This document shows, one piece after another, positions 18,150 through 28,526 of a stretch of DNA of 61,603 nt. This stretch comes from a virus (lineage: Duplodnaviria; Caudoviricetes). Position numbers and translations under genes: made by a program. The DNA is taken from the IMG/VR virus record IMGVR_UViG_3300032322_001005, positions 1 through 61,603 of that record. One strand, 5' to 3'. Every line of letters begins with the position of its first letter. Position 1 is the first letter of the stretch. The notes under the pieces were generated by a model that had not been told where the DNA came from, ran no database searches, and worked only from the letters and a program-made list of their open reading frames with translations.

Positions 18150-20461
18150 ACGCGGATGCCCTGACGTTGTATTTTACTCGCAGCTTCCGCATCGCGGATT
18201 GCAAGTTTCTGGTTTGCTTCCTGTTGTTTCATAATCATCTTCTGCTGGTGTGACTGGTAATCCATCTCCAGCTTGGCTTGACGTTCGGCACGCTGTGCTT
18301 CGATCTTCGCAATAACGTCAGGCGAGATGCCTTGAGGGGTAGCCTCTACAGCCTGTCCTTGCGCCATAGCGGCCTGCTGCGCCTCCATCTCTTGAGCCTG
18401 CATCTTCTGAACCTTGAGCGTTCCGTTGTGCAGAATCTCGTCAGCCTGCTGAAGCATCTTGCGGAACATCGCAGATTCTTGACGAAGTAGCGGGTCTTGA
18501 GACATGCGCTCAACGTGTTGTGCCATGTGCTGGTTAAGATTGTTGATACCCGGCAGCACTCCAGCGATAGACATCGGATCAACCTCCAATGCGTCCTGTG
18601 TTTGAGTGACCAGTGGGTTAAGTGCTTCGGCGTGAACCTTGGCGTGGACAAGATCGTTCTGTCCGTCGAGGACGGTAATCTGCCCGCCCTGAACGAGGAC
18701 GTTGTTCTCAACTTGAGCAAGCGATGCATCCCAAGTGGGCGTTTCGGTTTCGCCGGGGGCAACAGCGTAACGTGCTGCATTCTCGTAACCAGCAGTCTCC
18801 GAAGCGATGTCCCAGATAAGGTTCTTCTTGCCGAAGTCAGGCAGCGAACCAAAGATTGCCATCAACCTATCGTAAGCCAACATACGCGCAGCTTCAGACC
18901 CAGCACCGACTGGTTTGGTGATTCGCAGTCGATCTGTATCCAGCGCGTAAAATGCTTGGAGGTAGCGGTCTTTCGCACCAAATCCTTCCGATCCACGCAT
19001 GAGCAAGCGTTTCTTGAGTTCGGAAATATATTGCCCTCCAGACTCGTTAGAGTCGTAGTCGCGGCGTTTCATCCGATTAATCATCTGGCGCATCAAGCTC
19101 TCCCAAGGATCGAAGAACAAGTTAAGCGCAGAGATGGACATCTTCGCAATGTTGCCAAGTTCAGCGCGAACTTGGGTAGCCGACTTCTCTACGCTCGTAT
19201 TGATAAGCGATTCCGTATTGTATGACGAGGTTCGCTCGCGGAATAGCTGGGTAAACGCGTTAACGATTGGCAGTGTCCCGTTACTGACGTTGGGAACTAT
19301 AGTATCCTTAATGACCTCAATACCCGGAGAAAGCAAATTATAGACTCCATTCGGGATGAACTGCATCTCTTGCAATGCAGACTCGTCTTTAGGTTGGAAC
19401 GTAGGAGCCGAACCAAAAGACGCAATTTCTAGCAAAGAACAATACGCACGGTTCAGTGCGCCGTTAATTGCGAAGACGTCGTATCCCTGCCCGCGAACGC
19501 CGTGATAGTATCCGTTAGTTCCGACTCCGTAAGTAAATACAGTATAGGCTTGGTAGCTGTCTTCAAATCGCCCGATCTTTTTGTAAAGGAAGTTTTGCAC
19601 TCCGTTGTCATCCACGATCATGTAATGACTCACCTTATCGTCAAACTCTTTAACCCAGATGTGGACAACGCGAATTGACTGCTGGTTTGCCGCTTGTGTG
19701 GTGAAATACAAGTCGTTGTTGCGAAGCTCGATCTCAAGTTTCTCCCAATCGTATTGTCGGAACTGGTAGTAATTGTTGTTGTTGTTGACGCACTGGATGA
19801 TCGCTCGCTTGCATGCCTCTACGTTGAATCCGTTGATTGTGGCGACCTCTTCGTCTTTGATCAACTGATAAAGCTGTGTGGGACTGTAGAATCGCAGGCA
19901 GGCGGCAACGTCGATATTTTCCTGACCGATCTCCGTCTTACGGGGAATTTTGAAGTCGGACATGTCGGTTGACTTCCAACGCCAATCCCATTCGTCGTTG
20001 AAGAGAGCAACGCCAACTCCGTGTTTAATAAACGCATTGCAAAGTTTGAGATACGTCGGGAAGAAATTCCTCCAAGAGCGAATACAAGCAGTCACCTCTT
20101 GGGCAACAACCTGCTCAAGCTCGTCCCTTTCAGCCATCGGCCCGTAAGTAGTCGGGCAGCTAAAGAACGTTTGGGGCGCATTGATGATATCCGTGTATCC
20201 TGCAATCGCGGTGTCGAGAACCTGCTTGGCGAATCCCCAAGAGACGTTGACTCGGTATCCTTGTCCAGCGTTGATAAGCGCACGTTCGTCGTAAGGTCGC
20301 TCGTTGTCGTAAGCAGCGTCAATCTTGCTACGGTCAAAGGCGCTAACCGCATCCGCCCTGCGCAATGTCTCCCAAATCTCATAAGCTGATTTAGCGTCCT
20401 TAATGCGGGAAACTGGCGGCTTGCCCGTCTCCTGCGAAAGTGTTTGCAATACGTCACTCAT
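18146..20461 (-). CDS. portal protein (podovirus type, Q-rich coiled-coil C-terminus)
   Basis: 771 aa, HGVG motif, position upstream of scaffold and capsid. Confidence 0.75.
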   Translation of the reverse strand: MSDVLQTLSQETGKPPVSRIKDAKSAYEIWETLRRADAVSAFDRSKIDAAYDNERPYDERALINAGQGYRVNVSWGFAKQVLDTAIAGYTDIINAPQTFFSCPTTYGPMAERDELEQVVAQEVTACIRSWRNFFPTYLKLCNAFIKHGVGVALFNDEWDWRWKSTDMSDFKIPRKTEIGQENIDVAACLRFYSPTQLYQLIKDEEVATINGFNVEACKRAIIQCVNNNNNYYQFRQYDWEKLEIELRNNDLYFTTQAANQQSIRVVHIWVKEFDDKVSHYMIVDDNGVQNFLYKKIGRFEDSYQAYTVFTYGVGTNGYYHGVRGQGYDVFAINGALNRAYCSLLEIASFGSAPTFQPKDESALQEMQFIPNGVYNLLSPGIEVIKDTIVPNVSNGTLPIVNAFTQLFRERTSSYNTESLINTSVEKSATQVRAELGNIAKMSISALNLFFDPWESLMRQMINRMKRRDYDSNESGGQYISELKKRLLMRGSEGFGAKDRYLQAFYALDTDRLRITKPVGAGSEAARMLAYDRLMAIFGSLPDFGKKNLIWDIASETAGYENAARYAVAPGETETPTWDASLAQVENNVLVQGGQITVLDGQNDLVHAKVHAEALNPLVTQTQDALEVDPMSIAGVLPGINNLNQHMAQHVERMSQDPLLRQESAMFRKMLQQADEILHNGTLKVQKMQAQEMEAQQAAMAQGQAVEATPQGISPDVIAKIEAQRAERQAKLEMDYQSHQQKMIMKQQEANQKLAIRDAEAASKIQRQGIRV

Positions 20462-21393
20462 TCTTCATCCTTTACTTTGCGATCCTTGAACATGCTGAAG
20501 AACGATTTTGGTTTTTGCTTAACCTCTTTCTTTTCCTCGGTTTCCTCAAACTCCTCGGCAATTCGTTCGGCATCTTCTACGGATACTTGTTTAGCTACTT
20601 TCATATCGTTGTTGTTATTGTCCAACAATAGGTTGATGAGACTTCCATCCTTGCAACCGTGAACGAGAACGGCGTCCTCGTGAATCGGATTGTTGAAATG
20701 AATGTCCCAAGCCAAGTTGGCAATCGAATCACATACAACATCGCACTTCTCTTTGCGATAGTTTTTTGTCCTCCAATTATTTTGAATGGATTTCGAATCG
20801 TTTAAGGACGGCACAGTATACCATTGGATGACCGATGACCAATGACGCGTTGTCGCGGAGAGTGAGGATAAAACTGGAGCGTGGCAGATTTCTGTCGAGT
20901 AGATGCCGACAGGAGCCATGCGGCTTCCAGCAGCGGATTCAGGAAGCAGTTCGCCGTTGCGTCCTTCGTAGTTTCGTTCTTTTGTTCCGAAGTAAAGTAA
21001 TGGTTCACGCTTCTCCTTCACTGCTTTGGTTGTATCCGCATAATATTCTGCACTCAAAATATCCAGCCAGTTATCCGTAATCGGCGTAGTATCCAACTCA
21101 AACCACAAAAAGGCATCGAGTTCTTCGTCGTTACGTAGATGGTAGCAAGTCTGCTGGAAATAATGATTGCAAGCCATAGGCCAGCCGTAGTTGTTGTCTG
21201 GGATGATAAGTTTATCAACAGTATCGAACTTACCGCGAAGTTGCTCCACAGCAGCGTCTACATCCGTCTGAACGGAATGCGATCCAACAACGAGCAGGTC
21301 GTGGTCTGGCGTGTTTTCGTATTTGTCAAAGGCTGCGTAGAGGTTAGGCAGCAATTCGCGGTCTGATTGCGAGATAGGAATAACTAATTTCAT
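20458..21393 (-). CDS. glycosyltransferase-like protein (GT-A fold)
   Basis: LVIP start, GWP..CN, FLWFELDTTP, LVHGCKD. Confidence 0.55.
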   Translation of the reverse strand: MKLVIPISQSDRELLPNLYAAFDKYENTPDHDLLVVGSHSVQTDVDAAVEQLRGKFDTVDKLIIPDNNYGWPMACNHYFQQTCYHLRNDEELDAFLWFELDTTPITDNWLDILSAEYYADTTKAVKEKREPLLYFGTKERNYEGRNGELLPESAAGSRMAPVGIYSTEICHAPVLSSLSATTRHWSSVIQWYTVPSLNDSKSIQNNWRTKNYRKEKCDVVCDSIANLAWDIHFNNPIHEDAVLVHGCKDGSLINLLLDNNNNDMKVAKQVSVEDAERIAEEFEETEEKKEVKQKPKSFFSMFKDRKVKDEE

Positions 21394-21394
21394 A

Positions 21395-21913
21395 TTAAAA
21401 AAGCATCGAAAAAGTCGCTTTAAAGCGTATGGGTGAGGACGGTCTTTTATCGTCCACAAACTCTTGGCAGTTTACTTTTCGCCAAACGCGGCGAGGCATA
21501 AAGAAGCCATACTCGTAAATACCGCGAGATATAATGATAACTTTAAAACCCGCACGATCCAACACGAACGGCGATCCTTGGAGTGAACGTTTAACAGCCA
21601 GAGCCAGAGGACTGTTAAGAGGATCGTGCTTAGTGCCGTTATCATAGTCGGAGGGATTTACTTGGATGTGGAAAGTAACATCCTCGCGTTTTGCGTCAAT
21701 AAACTTTTCGGCCTGCGTTTTCTCCAGACCGAGAGCTTGAAGGAGCGTCATACCATTCCGGCTTCGCGCTTGGCTTTTTGGATTTCCTTCTTGAGCCAAG
21801 AAGTGAACGTGGTTCCCTTCATCATTAGCCAAGCCCGAAAGAACTTCCAATCGTCTGGATTCAGCTTGGCAACTGTCCTGTGTTTGCACTCTTTTTCGTT
21901 TGACATGGGGCAT
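21395..21913 (-). CDS. hypothetical protein
   Basis: ORF divergent from TerL; start uncertain. Confidence 0.5.
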   Translation of the reverse strand: MPHVKRKRVQTQDSCQAESRRLEVLSGLANDEGNHVHFLAQEGNPKSQARSRNGMTLLQALGLEKTQAEKFIDAKREDVTFHIQVNPSDYDNGTKHDPLNSPLALAVKRSLQGSPFVLDRAGFKVIIISRGIYEYGFFMPRRVWRKVNCQEFVDDKRPSSPIRFKATFSMLF

Positions 21914-21954
21914 AGTTATACACTAATACACACCCGTTGCAACAATTTTTTTGA

Positions 21955-23772
21955 ATGAATATAGACGGCGACCCAAGCACTCCTATTTACGGCGAGCCGA
22001 TCAAAGGGAGAAAATACAAATACGGATTCAATTGGCGGCAGGGAACGCACGATCTCGCTATTGAACTAGCGATGTTCCGCGAGAAGATTACTCGCAGGAT
22101 TCCAGAAGATACAGGAGGACATAAAACATCAGACCACTTCCTTGCGATTGCTAGGGCGCTTTGGCCCGAGAAGGAAGGCAAGGCAGCAGCCAACTTTATC
22201 TGGCACCCTTGGGCGACTCGCATGTTAGAGGCCTCTTGCAAGTATGACTACCTTGCGATTGCTGGCTCGGGCGGCTTCGGTAAGTCAGAATTTTATGCAA
22301 TATGGGCTATTATCAACTATTTAGCCGATCCAGAGAACACGATTGTCCTCGCTACTTCTACTACAATCAAAGCATCAAAACAGCGTATCTGGGGTAAGAT
22401 CGTCAAGTATTGGCAAATCTGCGAACAGCTTGGATTGCCGGGTAAGCTTGTAGATTCGCTTAATACGATTCGCTATGTGGATGGCAAGGGTAAGGCAAGC
22501 AAGGGCGATCTCGCTGGGATTACGCTGATACCGGGTGAAAAGAAGAAAGAGAAGGATGCCACTGGAAAAATGCAGGGTATCCACCAAAAGAACGTTATCT
22601 TTGTCGCGGACGAGCTTTCAGAACTATCCGAAGCGATTACTGAAGTAGCATTTTACAACTTGAGCAAAGGTTGTGAACGCTTTCAGTTTATCGGCATCTC
22701 CAACCCAGCATCTTACGTCGATGCGTTCGGAAAGTTCGCCAAGCCTAAAGCAGGATGGGATTCAATCTCTGTAGACGATGACGATTGGGAGACCGAGCGT
22801 GGGACATGCATCCATTTTGATACACTAAAGAACCCGAATATGATGAAGGGTAAGAAGGTATATTCGTGGATGGATGGGCCGGAAGACCTAGAGAAGGTTC
22901 CCGTATCAGAACGCAATACAGCCTCGTATTGGCGAATGTATCGCGGGTTCTGGTGCCCTGCTGGGGTTACAGATCAAATTTACAGCGAGGTAGAAATCAT
23001 CAACGCCAAAGCTACAGACAAGGCGATCTGGCTGGATAACGAACTTGTTAAGGTCGCGTTCCTCGATCCTTCGTTTACCAATGGAGGAGACAGGGCGATT
23101 CTTTACTTCGGCACGGTTGGCAAACTAATAGAACCTTATGGATACAAGGGGCTACAATACGACGAATTCCTTAAATTCGCGGAAGATGTTACAGATCAGT
23201 CCTCCACCCGAACCGAGCAGATTGTTCGCTGGTTTAGAGACGAATGCATAAAGCGTGGAGTTCAGCCGAAGAACGCAGGATACGATAAGTCTGGCGCAGG
23301 CGGGCCGCTGGGAGACGTTATCTCAATCGCTTGGAGTAAAGATGTCTTTGGCCTTCAGTTCGGTGGAAAGGCATCAGAGAAACCAGTCTCAGCATACGAC
23401 CAGACACCTGCGTATGAGCGGTATGTTAACTCGGTTAGCGAGATATGGTATTCACTTAAGGAATACATGCGAGCCGGACAGATTAAAGGTGTCTCAGGCG
23501 ATATGATGCAAGAGATGTGTCAGCGCAAACTTGATAAGCACGGAGTTAAAGACTTGAACATGCGCATCAAAGTAATGCCTAAGTCTGAAATGAAGTTATC
23601 TTACGGCATGTCGCCGGATATTGCAGACGCAGGAATGGGACTTCTTGCGCTTTGCAGGGAGAGACTAGGCTTAGACAGCACCACCGTTACCAAGGCGATC
23701 AATCAGAACAACAGGGTTGAAAGCAAAGGCTGGAAAGAAGCGTTCAGCAAATTCCGCACGGTTTATCGCTGA
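21955..23772 (+). CDS. terL: terminase large subunit
   Basis: Walker A GSGGFGKS, Walker B VIFVADE, coupling motif ISNP, nuclease FLDPS...GGD and SPDIADA. Confidence 0.9.
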   Translation: MNIDGDPSTPIYGEPIKGRKYKYGFNWRQGTHDLAIELAMFREKITRRIPEDTGGHKTSDHFLAIARALWPEKEGKAAANFIWHPWATRMLEASCKYDYLAIAGSGGFGKSEFYAIWAIINYLADPENTIVLATSTTIKASKQRIWGKIVKYWQICEQLGLPGKLVDSLNTIRYVDGKGKASKGDLAGITLIPGEKKKEKDATGKMQGIHQKNVIFVADELSELSEAITEVAFYNLSKGCERFQFIGISNPASYVDAFGKFAKPKAGWDSISVDDDDWETERGTCIHFDTLKNPNMMKGKKVYSWMDGPEDLEKVPVSERNTASYWRMYRGFWCPAGVTDQIYSEVEIINAKATDKAIWLDNELVKVAFLDPSFTNGGDRAILYFGTVGKLIEPYGYKGLQYDEFLKFAEDVTDQSSTRTEQIVRWFRDECIKRGVQPKNAGYDKSGAGGPLGDVISIAWSKDVFGLQFGGKASEKPVSAYDQTPAYERYVNSVSEIWYSLKEYMRAGQIKGVSGDMMQEMCQRKLDKHGVKDLNMRIKVMPKSEMKLSYGMSPDIADAGMGLLALCRERLGLDSTTVTKAINQNNRVESKGWKEAFSKFRTVYR

Positions 23773-23779
23773 AGTATTG

Positions 23780-24424
23780 TTAAACAATACCTTTACGCTT
23801 CGCTTCGTCTAATTCTTCCTGCGTCCACTGCTGGGCATACCACACGGGTTCGTCCCAAGGAATCGGCCTTTGTCTATCCACACCGAACGAGATTCGTCCG
23901 TAAGTGTTGGGAGATTGCTCCTCCAGCTTAACGAACTTGTCTTCTGGAAGCATGTCTTTATCGCTGGGAAGAAATAGATAATCGCGGATGAATTCAAGAA
24001 TACACCAGTGTTTGATAAGGAATGTCGCTTGAGCGCAAGCCATCCAAGGTGCTGCGGTCATCTTTGCGCCGAATACCATGCCCTTATCTCCGCAATCTTC
24101 GTATAGTTTATTTGGAACATCGCCGTGCCAAATGCAGTCTGACTCTTTGAAGATTAGGTCTTTATTCGCCCCGTAGGCTATCAATGCCAGCGTCAGAACA
24201 GAATGTGACCACCCGCACAATCCATCTCGATTCTCCTTAATGCAGTCCCCTACATGACCCAAGTTATCGTTTAACAAGATCATGTTATCGCAATCAGCAG
24301 GAACTTTCGTGCAGACTACGTAATAATCTTTCGTGTATTTCTCGGTATTCTTCTTCCAAAGTTGAAAGAATTCGGAGTCCCAAGTGGAGCGGTAATGATA
24401 GCCGGAACCGACGATGTAGTTCAT
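23780..24424 (-). CDS. glycosyltransferase-like protein
   Basis: LIFKESDCI (DxD-like motif), PEDKF; in the glycosylation cluster. Confidence 0.5.
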   Translation of the reverse strand: MNYIVGSGYHYRSTWDSEFFQLWKKNTEKYTKDYYVVCTKVPADCDNMILLNDNLGHVGDCIKENRDGLCGWSHSVLTLALIAYGANKDLIFKESDCIWHGDVPNKLYEDCGDKGMVFGAKMTAAPWMACAQATFLIKHWCILEFIRDYLFLPSDKDMLPEDKFVKLEEQSPNTYGRISFGVDRQRPIPWDEPVWYAQQWTQEELDEAKRKGIV

Positions 24425-24987
24425 TTAAAATATGCGCAGACTGTTGGCTTTACCCATCTTGCTGTAGCAATCCCACGAAGCTTGTTTGTGTAAAACTCCT
24501 GCCTCTTAAACCCGTATTTCTTGAACACATCGTCCCAATATTCTTGAGGCTTGCAGTTAACGTGGTGATGCCCACCCTCAGACCACTGCGGTTCAGAATA
24601 GGTCAAAAATACAAGGTTCGCCGTTGAGAATAACCGCATGTAGTTGTCTTGGTATTTTTCCTCAACATGCTCAAGAAACTCGCAAGACCAAATGATGTCT
24701 GGTTTAAGCATACTTCCGATTGGTAGCGGGCCTTGTGTAAAGTCATGAATGAGTATGCGATCTTGGACAGGACTGTTGTCCAATGCTAGTTTACTTCCGT
24801 CTACACCGATTGCCTCTACACCGTGATCGAGAAACCATTTAACAGCATGCCCTTCTCCGCAACCGATATCCAGCATTGTTCGCGGTGTGAACTTCTTAAC
24901 GATATCCATCCACACAACAGGGTCGAACGTATCTGGATCGCCACCAGTAATGAATCCACCAAGATGTCCGTCGCACACCAAACTCAT
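24421..24987 (-). CDS. class I SAM methyltransferase
   Basis: MLDIGCGEG, GVDGS, SCEFLEHV. Confidence 0.85.
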   Translation of the reverse strand: MSLVCDGHLGGFITGGDPDTFDPVVWMDIVKKFTPRTMLDIGCGEGHAVKWFLDHGVEAIGVDGSKLALDNSPVQDRILIHDFTQGPLPIGSMLKPDIIWSCEFLEHVEEKYQDNYMRLFSTANLVFLTYSEPQWSEGGHHHVNCKPQEYWDDVFKKYGFKRQEFYTNKLRGIATARWVKPTVCAYFK

Positions 24988-25508
24988 TTGATCCCCTCCC
25001 CTGCAATGGATTCAACCCAATTCGCATGATCTCCGATAACTTTCCAATGCCCCTCAAGGTTGCATAAATTCCTATCCGGCGACATTCCAATTGCAACGTA
25101 GCGATAATCAAATCCGGCAGCATTGAGTGCAACGCTCAAAATTTCTTCAGACCACATTGTTTTATGTCCATGGTTGACCATAAGATTCCGTATTGCCGAA
25201 TCCAGCGTGGCCTCGCCGAAGCCAGACGATCCGAGCCAATAAAGATATTCGTTATCTGCTTTAGCTGCAACGCGAGTAATAGACGGAACGCAGACTCGCA
25301 ATACTCCACCTTTCTTCAAAATGCGATAGCACTCCGAAAAGAAGTTAAATACCTCTCTGCTATCTAAATGCTCTACAACATGTTCCGCAAAGATGCAATC
25401 TGTTGAATTGTCTGCAAATGGAAGTGATTTTGTTATGTCCACGTCCAAATCATAATTCTCCCACCCATCAAGCAGATTTCCACCACAGCCAAAGTTTAAT
25501 TTCTTCAT
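24984..25508 (-). CDS. class I SAM methyltransferase
   Basis: LNFGCG, LPFADNS, EHVVEHL, RILKKGG. Confidence 0.85.
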   Translation of the reverse strand: MKKLNFGCGGNLLDGWENYDLDVDITKSLPFADNSTDCIFAEHVVEHLDSREVFNFFSECYRILKKGGVLRVCVPSITRVAAKADNEYLYWLGSSGFGEATLDSAIRNLMVNHGHKTMWSEEILSVALNAAGFDYRYVAIGMSPDRNLCNLEGHWKVIGDHANWVESIAGEGIK

Positions 25509-26038
25509 GGCTTTTGAAATGCAACCGCACCATTGATTAGGTCGGTAATCCAGATGGAATTTGCAGGAGAATAGTTTGCCTCAAACTTCTTGGTCATATC
25601 CATCAGATATCCATGCTGCTCGTGCGTAATATCATCAAACACAAGCCATCCCTTAGAATTAAGAAGCTGCCATCCGTCGATAAGATCGCGTTCGCCGCCT
25701 TCGTAGGAATGATCGCCGTCGATTGTCACCAAATCAAATGACACACATTCAGCGATAAGTTGTGGCAGAATGTCGTGAGAATTGCCATCTATGAACCTTG
25801 CTTCACCAGTATAGCCAAGCTTGTTCAACAAGTCTTTAATGTGGGCGTTACTGCCCCTTCCTGTGCCGCCATACTCTTTACCCCACATATCAACAAGCGT
25901 TAGGCTTTTGACTGTAGTGCATTCGTTAATAACCACCTCAAGGCTGGTCCCTTCGTTTACTCCAACCTCTAGGTATGATTCTGCTCCTCCGCATACGCGA
26001 GAGAGGGCTTCTCTGATTGCATATTGATGTTTGCTCAT
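25505..26038 (-). CDS. SAM methyltransferase (Methyltransf_24-like)
   Basis: YLEVGV..GTS, IDGDHSYEG, LVFDD. Confidence 0.85.
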   Translation of the reverse strand: MSKHQYAIREALSRVCGGAESYLEVGVNEGTSLEVVINECTTVKSLTLVDMWGKEYGGTGRGSNAHIKDLLNKLGYTGEARFIDGNSHDILPQLIAECVSFDLVTIDGDHSYEGGERDLIDGWQLLNSKGWLVFDDITHEQHGYLMDMTKKFEANYSPANSIWITDLINGAVAFQKP

Positions 26039-26853
26039 AGTTGTATAAATTCCCGTATCCACTCCGAGTATCCCATCGTTCCCTCGCATCCACGTCTTGC
26101 GTCGATAACAAGATGCTTTTCCACAAAGTTTCGCATGGAATCAACTCGTTGTTTTATTTCACTTTCTGTCATGTTTTGTAGATGTTTCACAATATCGTTC
26201 ATGTTCGTGTTGTCCAAGTTGAATCTCGGGGAGAAATCCAACTCTTGACCGAACGGCATCGTCCAGTCATCGAGACGAACTGGTATCGCTCCTAGCAACA
26301 TGGATTCAAATAGCCGCATAGAACTCGGGCCGTTCCCTCTGGGACAAAGCGAGAATACGGAATCTTTAAGTTCGTTCGCATACGCTTCGGCTAGTTGAGG
26401 TCTGCGCTCTGCTGGTGTTTTCCACCAATCAATCCACGTCAGCCGAATGCCGTCCACCTGCATTCTGTGGCGGTTGTGCCAAGTCTGTCTGTGTCCTCGA
26501 AAGCTGATCTTTGTATTGCGTTTGCGGTTATCGAAATCTCCGCGCAAGTAGTTTGGGATGAACCTATCGTATTCGTAAGGAATGTTGAACCCGCAATTCG
26601 TTCCGAAGATGTATCCGTAGGGGACAAACGCTGGAGCTTGGTCGCCCGTGATGATAGCGATAACTCGCTTGTTCAGATTGCTGATCCTGCCCAAGTCTTC
26701 CGTAACCTCGTGGCTATCTCCTACTGTGTGATACCAAATGAAATCCGCCTCACTCAAGTTCTGGACGACCTCGATATTCGGGTTGTTGCCCATGAACCCT
26801 TTGTAGCCAAAGTGGTGTATAGATGTATGTAGATGTGGAAGTGTAATCTTCAC
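26035..26853 (-). CDS. exostosin-family (GT47) glycosyltransferase
   Basis: SFRG...SVFSLCPRGNGPSSMRLFESMLLGAIPV; GTG start overlapping the upstream stop. Confidence 0.8.
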   Translation of the reverse strand: MKITLPHLHTSIHHFGYKGFMGNNPNIEVVQNLSEADFIWYHTVGDSHEVTEDLGRISNLNKRVIAIITGDQAPAFVPYGYIFGTNCGFNIPYEYDRFIPNYLRGDFDNRKRNTKISFRGHRQTWHNRHRMQVDGIRLTWIDWWKTPAERRPQLAEAYANELKDSVFSLCPRGNGPSSMRLFESMLLGAIPVRLDDWTMPFGQELDFSPRFNLDNTNMNDIVKHLQNMTESEIKQRVDSMRNFVEKHLVIDARRGCEGTMGYSEWIREFIQL

Positions 26854-28526
26854 CACCAATTCCTCCCGTTCGCAGCCAGCCAAGCCGAAGCTAGTCGCTT
26901 GTTGTATTCGTTGCCTGCACATCCCCGATTCTGCAACCAATGGCTCTCGTGCATCTCGTGGTAGATCGCGTTGTGCAGCTCGATTCCGCCCGTCATGCGA
27001 ACCAAGTCCCGCATAATCATATCCCACGCCTCTCTGCCGAGCAACATGTCGGGAAACAGACCCTTCCTCTTGACCCACCATTCCTTCGTAAAGGCAAACA
27101 GATCAGCGCCGGGATACTTCCTCCCAGCAGCGCACTCCACCTCGTTTAACGCCAGCCTGTCGATTCTACGGAAGTCGTTGCGCTGTGCGTAGCAAGAACC
27201 GAAGTTATAGCAGGCGTCAAGTATCTCTCCCGTAATGCCCGGAGTTAGATTGATGTCCGCGTTCAGAATGCAGATGATGTCGTTGGCATTCGCTTTTGCG
27301 TTCGTTTGGTCGAGCATGTCGTGGATGAACGGAACGGGTGCGTCGTTTATACAAGTCGCGTCTCTGGTCGAAGTGAAGTCCACTTCCTTCCATTTTCCTC
27401 CAGAAAGCCAATTCTCTTGCAAAATACTACGATCCGCTGTGTCGTATCTCCTTTGCGTTTCCGCGTCGTTCTGCGCCTTCCTAGAGCGAACAAACCATAT
27501 CTCGGGAGGGATTCGCTTGTCGGATACCGCACTAGCGATGTCATCAATCTTTTTGACTACATCCGAGTAAGGAACCCGCAGATTGTGATGCGGTTTCCAG
27601 CTAGACTGATGCCACATCGTATTCTGGTCTGTCACCAAAGCGATTGTGTTGATCCCCGATGCTGATGCCAAGTGGAGTGGAGCCGAGTCGATTGCGATAA
27701 GCGAATCCGCCTCGTCGTATAGCCCCAGCAAATCGTAGAGTCTCGCAGACCGGATGCCAGATATGTTGATGAAATTGTATTCGGGCAGGGCTTTGAACAG
27801 CCCTTTCATCAGTTCCTCGCCCCAGAAGAAGGGAGAAGAATGCCCATCCATTGCCAAAAGCACGTTCTTCTTGTTAAAAGAAATGTATTGTTTTTTCAAC
27901 ACGTCTTCCCGAATTTGATCTCTATTGTCGAACAATAACCGTTTGGAATGCGGAGAGATAGGTATTCGCGAGTTGACCCAAATATCTCTGTCGAACGACC
28001 ATCCCTTCTGGTCGATACGCATATCTTCTGCGCACACAGCACAGTTGATTACGCACGACTCTGGGAAACTCCTCGTTGCCCAGTTAGTTGCATGAGCGGG
28101 GAGCCTGAAGTCCTTCTCAAAGACAATCGGTTCTACGTAGGTGCAGCCGTCCAGCAACGGAGCGAATTCTTTTGAAACAACGAGCTTCTGTTTTGTCCCA
28201 AGTCTTTCGTATTCAGACTGAATCGCGGGGAGTAAACAAAGAATATCTCCCGCCCTGCCGAGCATGACGTGCAGGCTTTTGTCCGAAAAATGTATATCTT
28301 TTTCCGACAAAAACCCTGTCAGGTGATTCTGTCTCGGGATGTGCGGCATGGTTTCTCTGATGATGTCGTGCATAATTTCATCCTTCTTGCGCTGGTCGCC
28401 AGCACTCTTCGCCCACATGGCTAGCTGACGGATGCAATAGCTCTTTTGCATCTTGCCGTTGATCGTGTAGCGCCAATCTCCGGGCGGGGTCGTATTGATG
28501 TCGATCCCGAATTTCTCAACGCTCAC
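26850..28526 (-). CDS. two-domain glycosyltransferase (GT9-like plus GT-A)
   Basis: GRAGDIL, IAIDSAPLHLASA (GT9); ILNADI, DLFAF, WD (GT-A). Confidence 0.75.
   Translation of the reverse strand: MSVEKFGIDINTTPPGDWRYTINGKMQKSYCIRQLAMWAKSAGDQRKKDEIMHDIIRETMPHIPRQNHLTGFLSEKDIHFSDKSLHVMLGRAGDILCLLPAIQSEYERLGTKQKLVVSKEFAPLLDGCTYVEPIVFEKDFRLPAHATNWATRSFPESCVINCAVCAEDMRIDQKGWSFDRDIWVNSRIPISPHSKRLLFDNRDQIREDVLKKQYISFNKKNVLLAMDGHSSPFFWGEELMKGLFKALPEYNFINISGIRSARLYDLLGLYDEADSLIAIDSAPLHLASASGINTIALVTDQNTMWHQSSWKPHHNLRVPYSDVVKKIDDIASAVSDKRIPPEIWFVRSRKAQNDAETQRRYDTADRSILQENWLSGGKWKEVDFTSTRDATCINDAPVPFIHDMLDQTNAKANANDIICILNADINLTPGITGEILDACYNFGSCYAQRNDFRRIDRLALNEVECAAGRKYPGADLFAFTKEWWVKRKGLFPDMLLGREAWDMIMRDLVRMTGGIELHNAIYHEMHESHWLQNRGCAGNEYNKRLASAWLAANGRNWW

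Noticed and set aside
24421-26038. DNA methyltransferases
   Set aside because: No DPPY/NPPY or PC catalytic motifs; the proteins resemble small-molecule or glycan methyltransferases among GT genes
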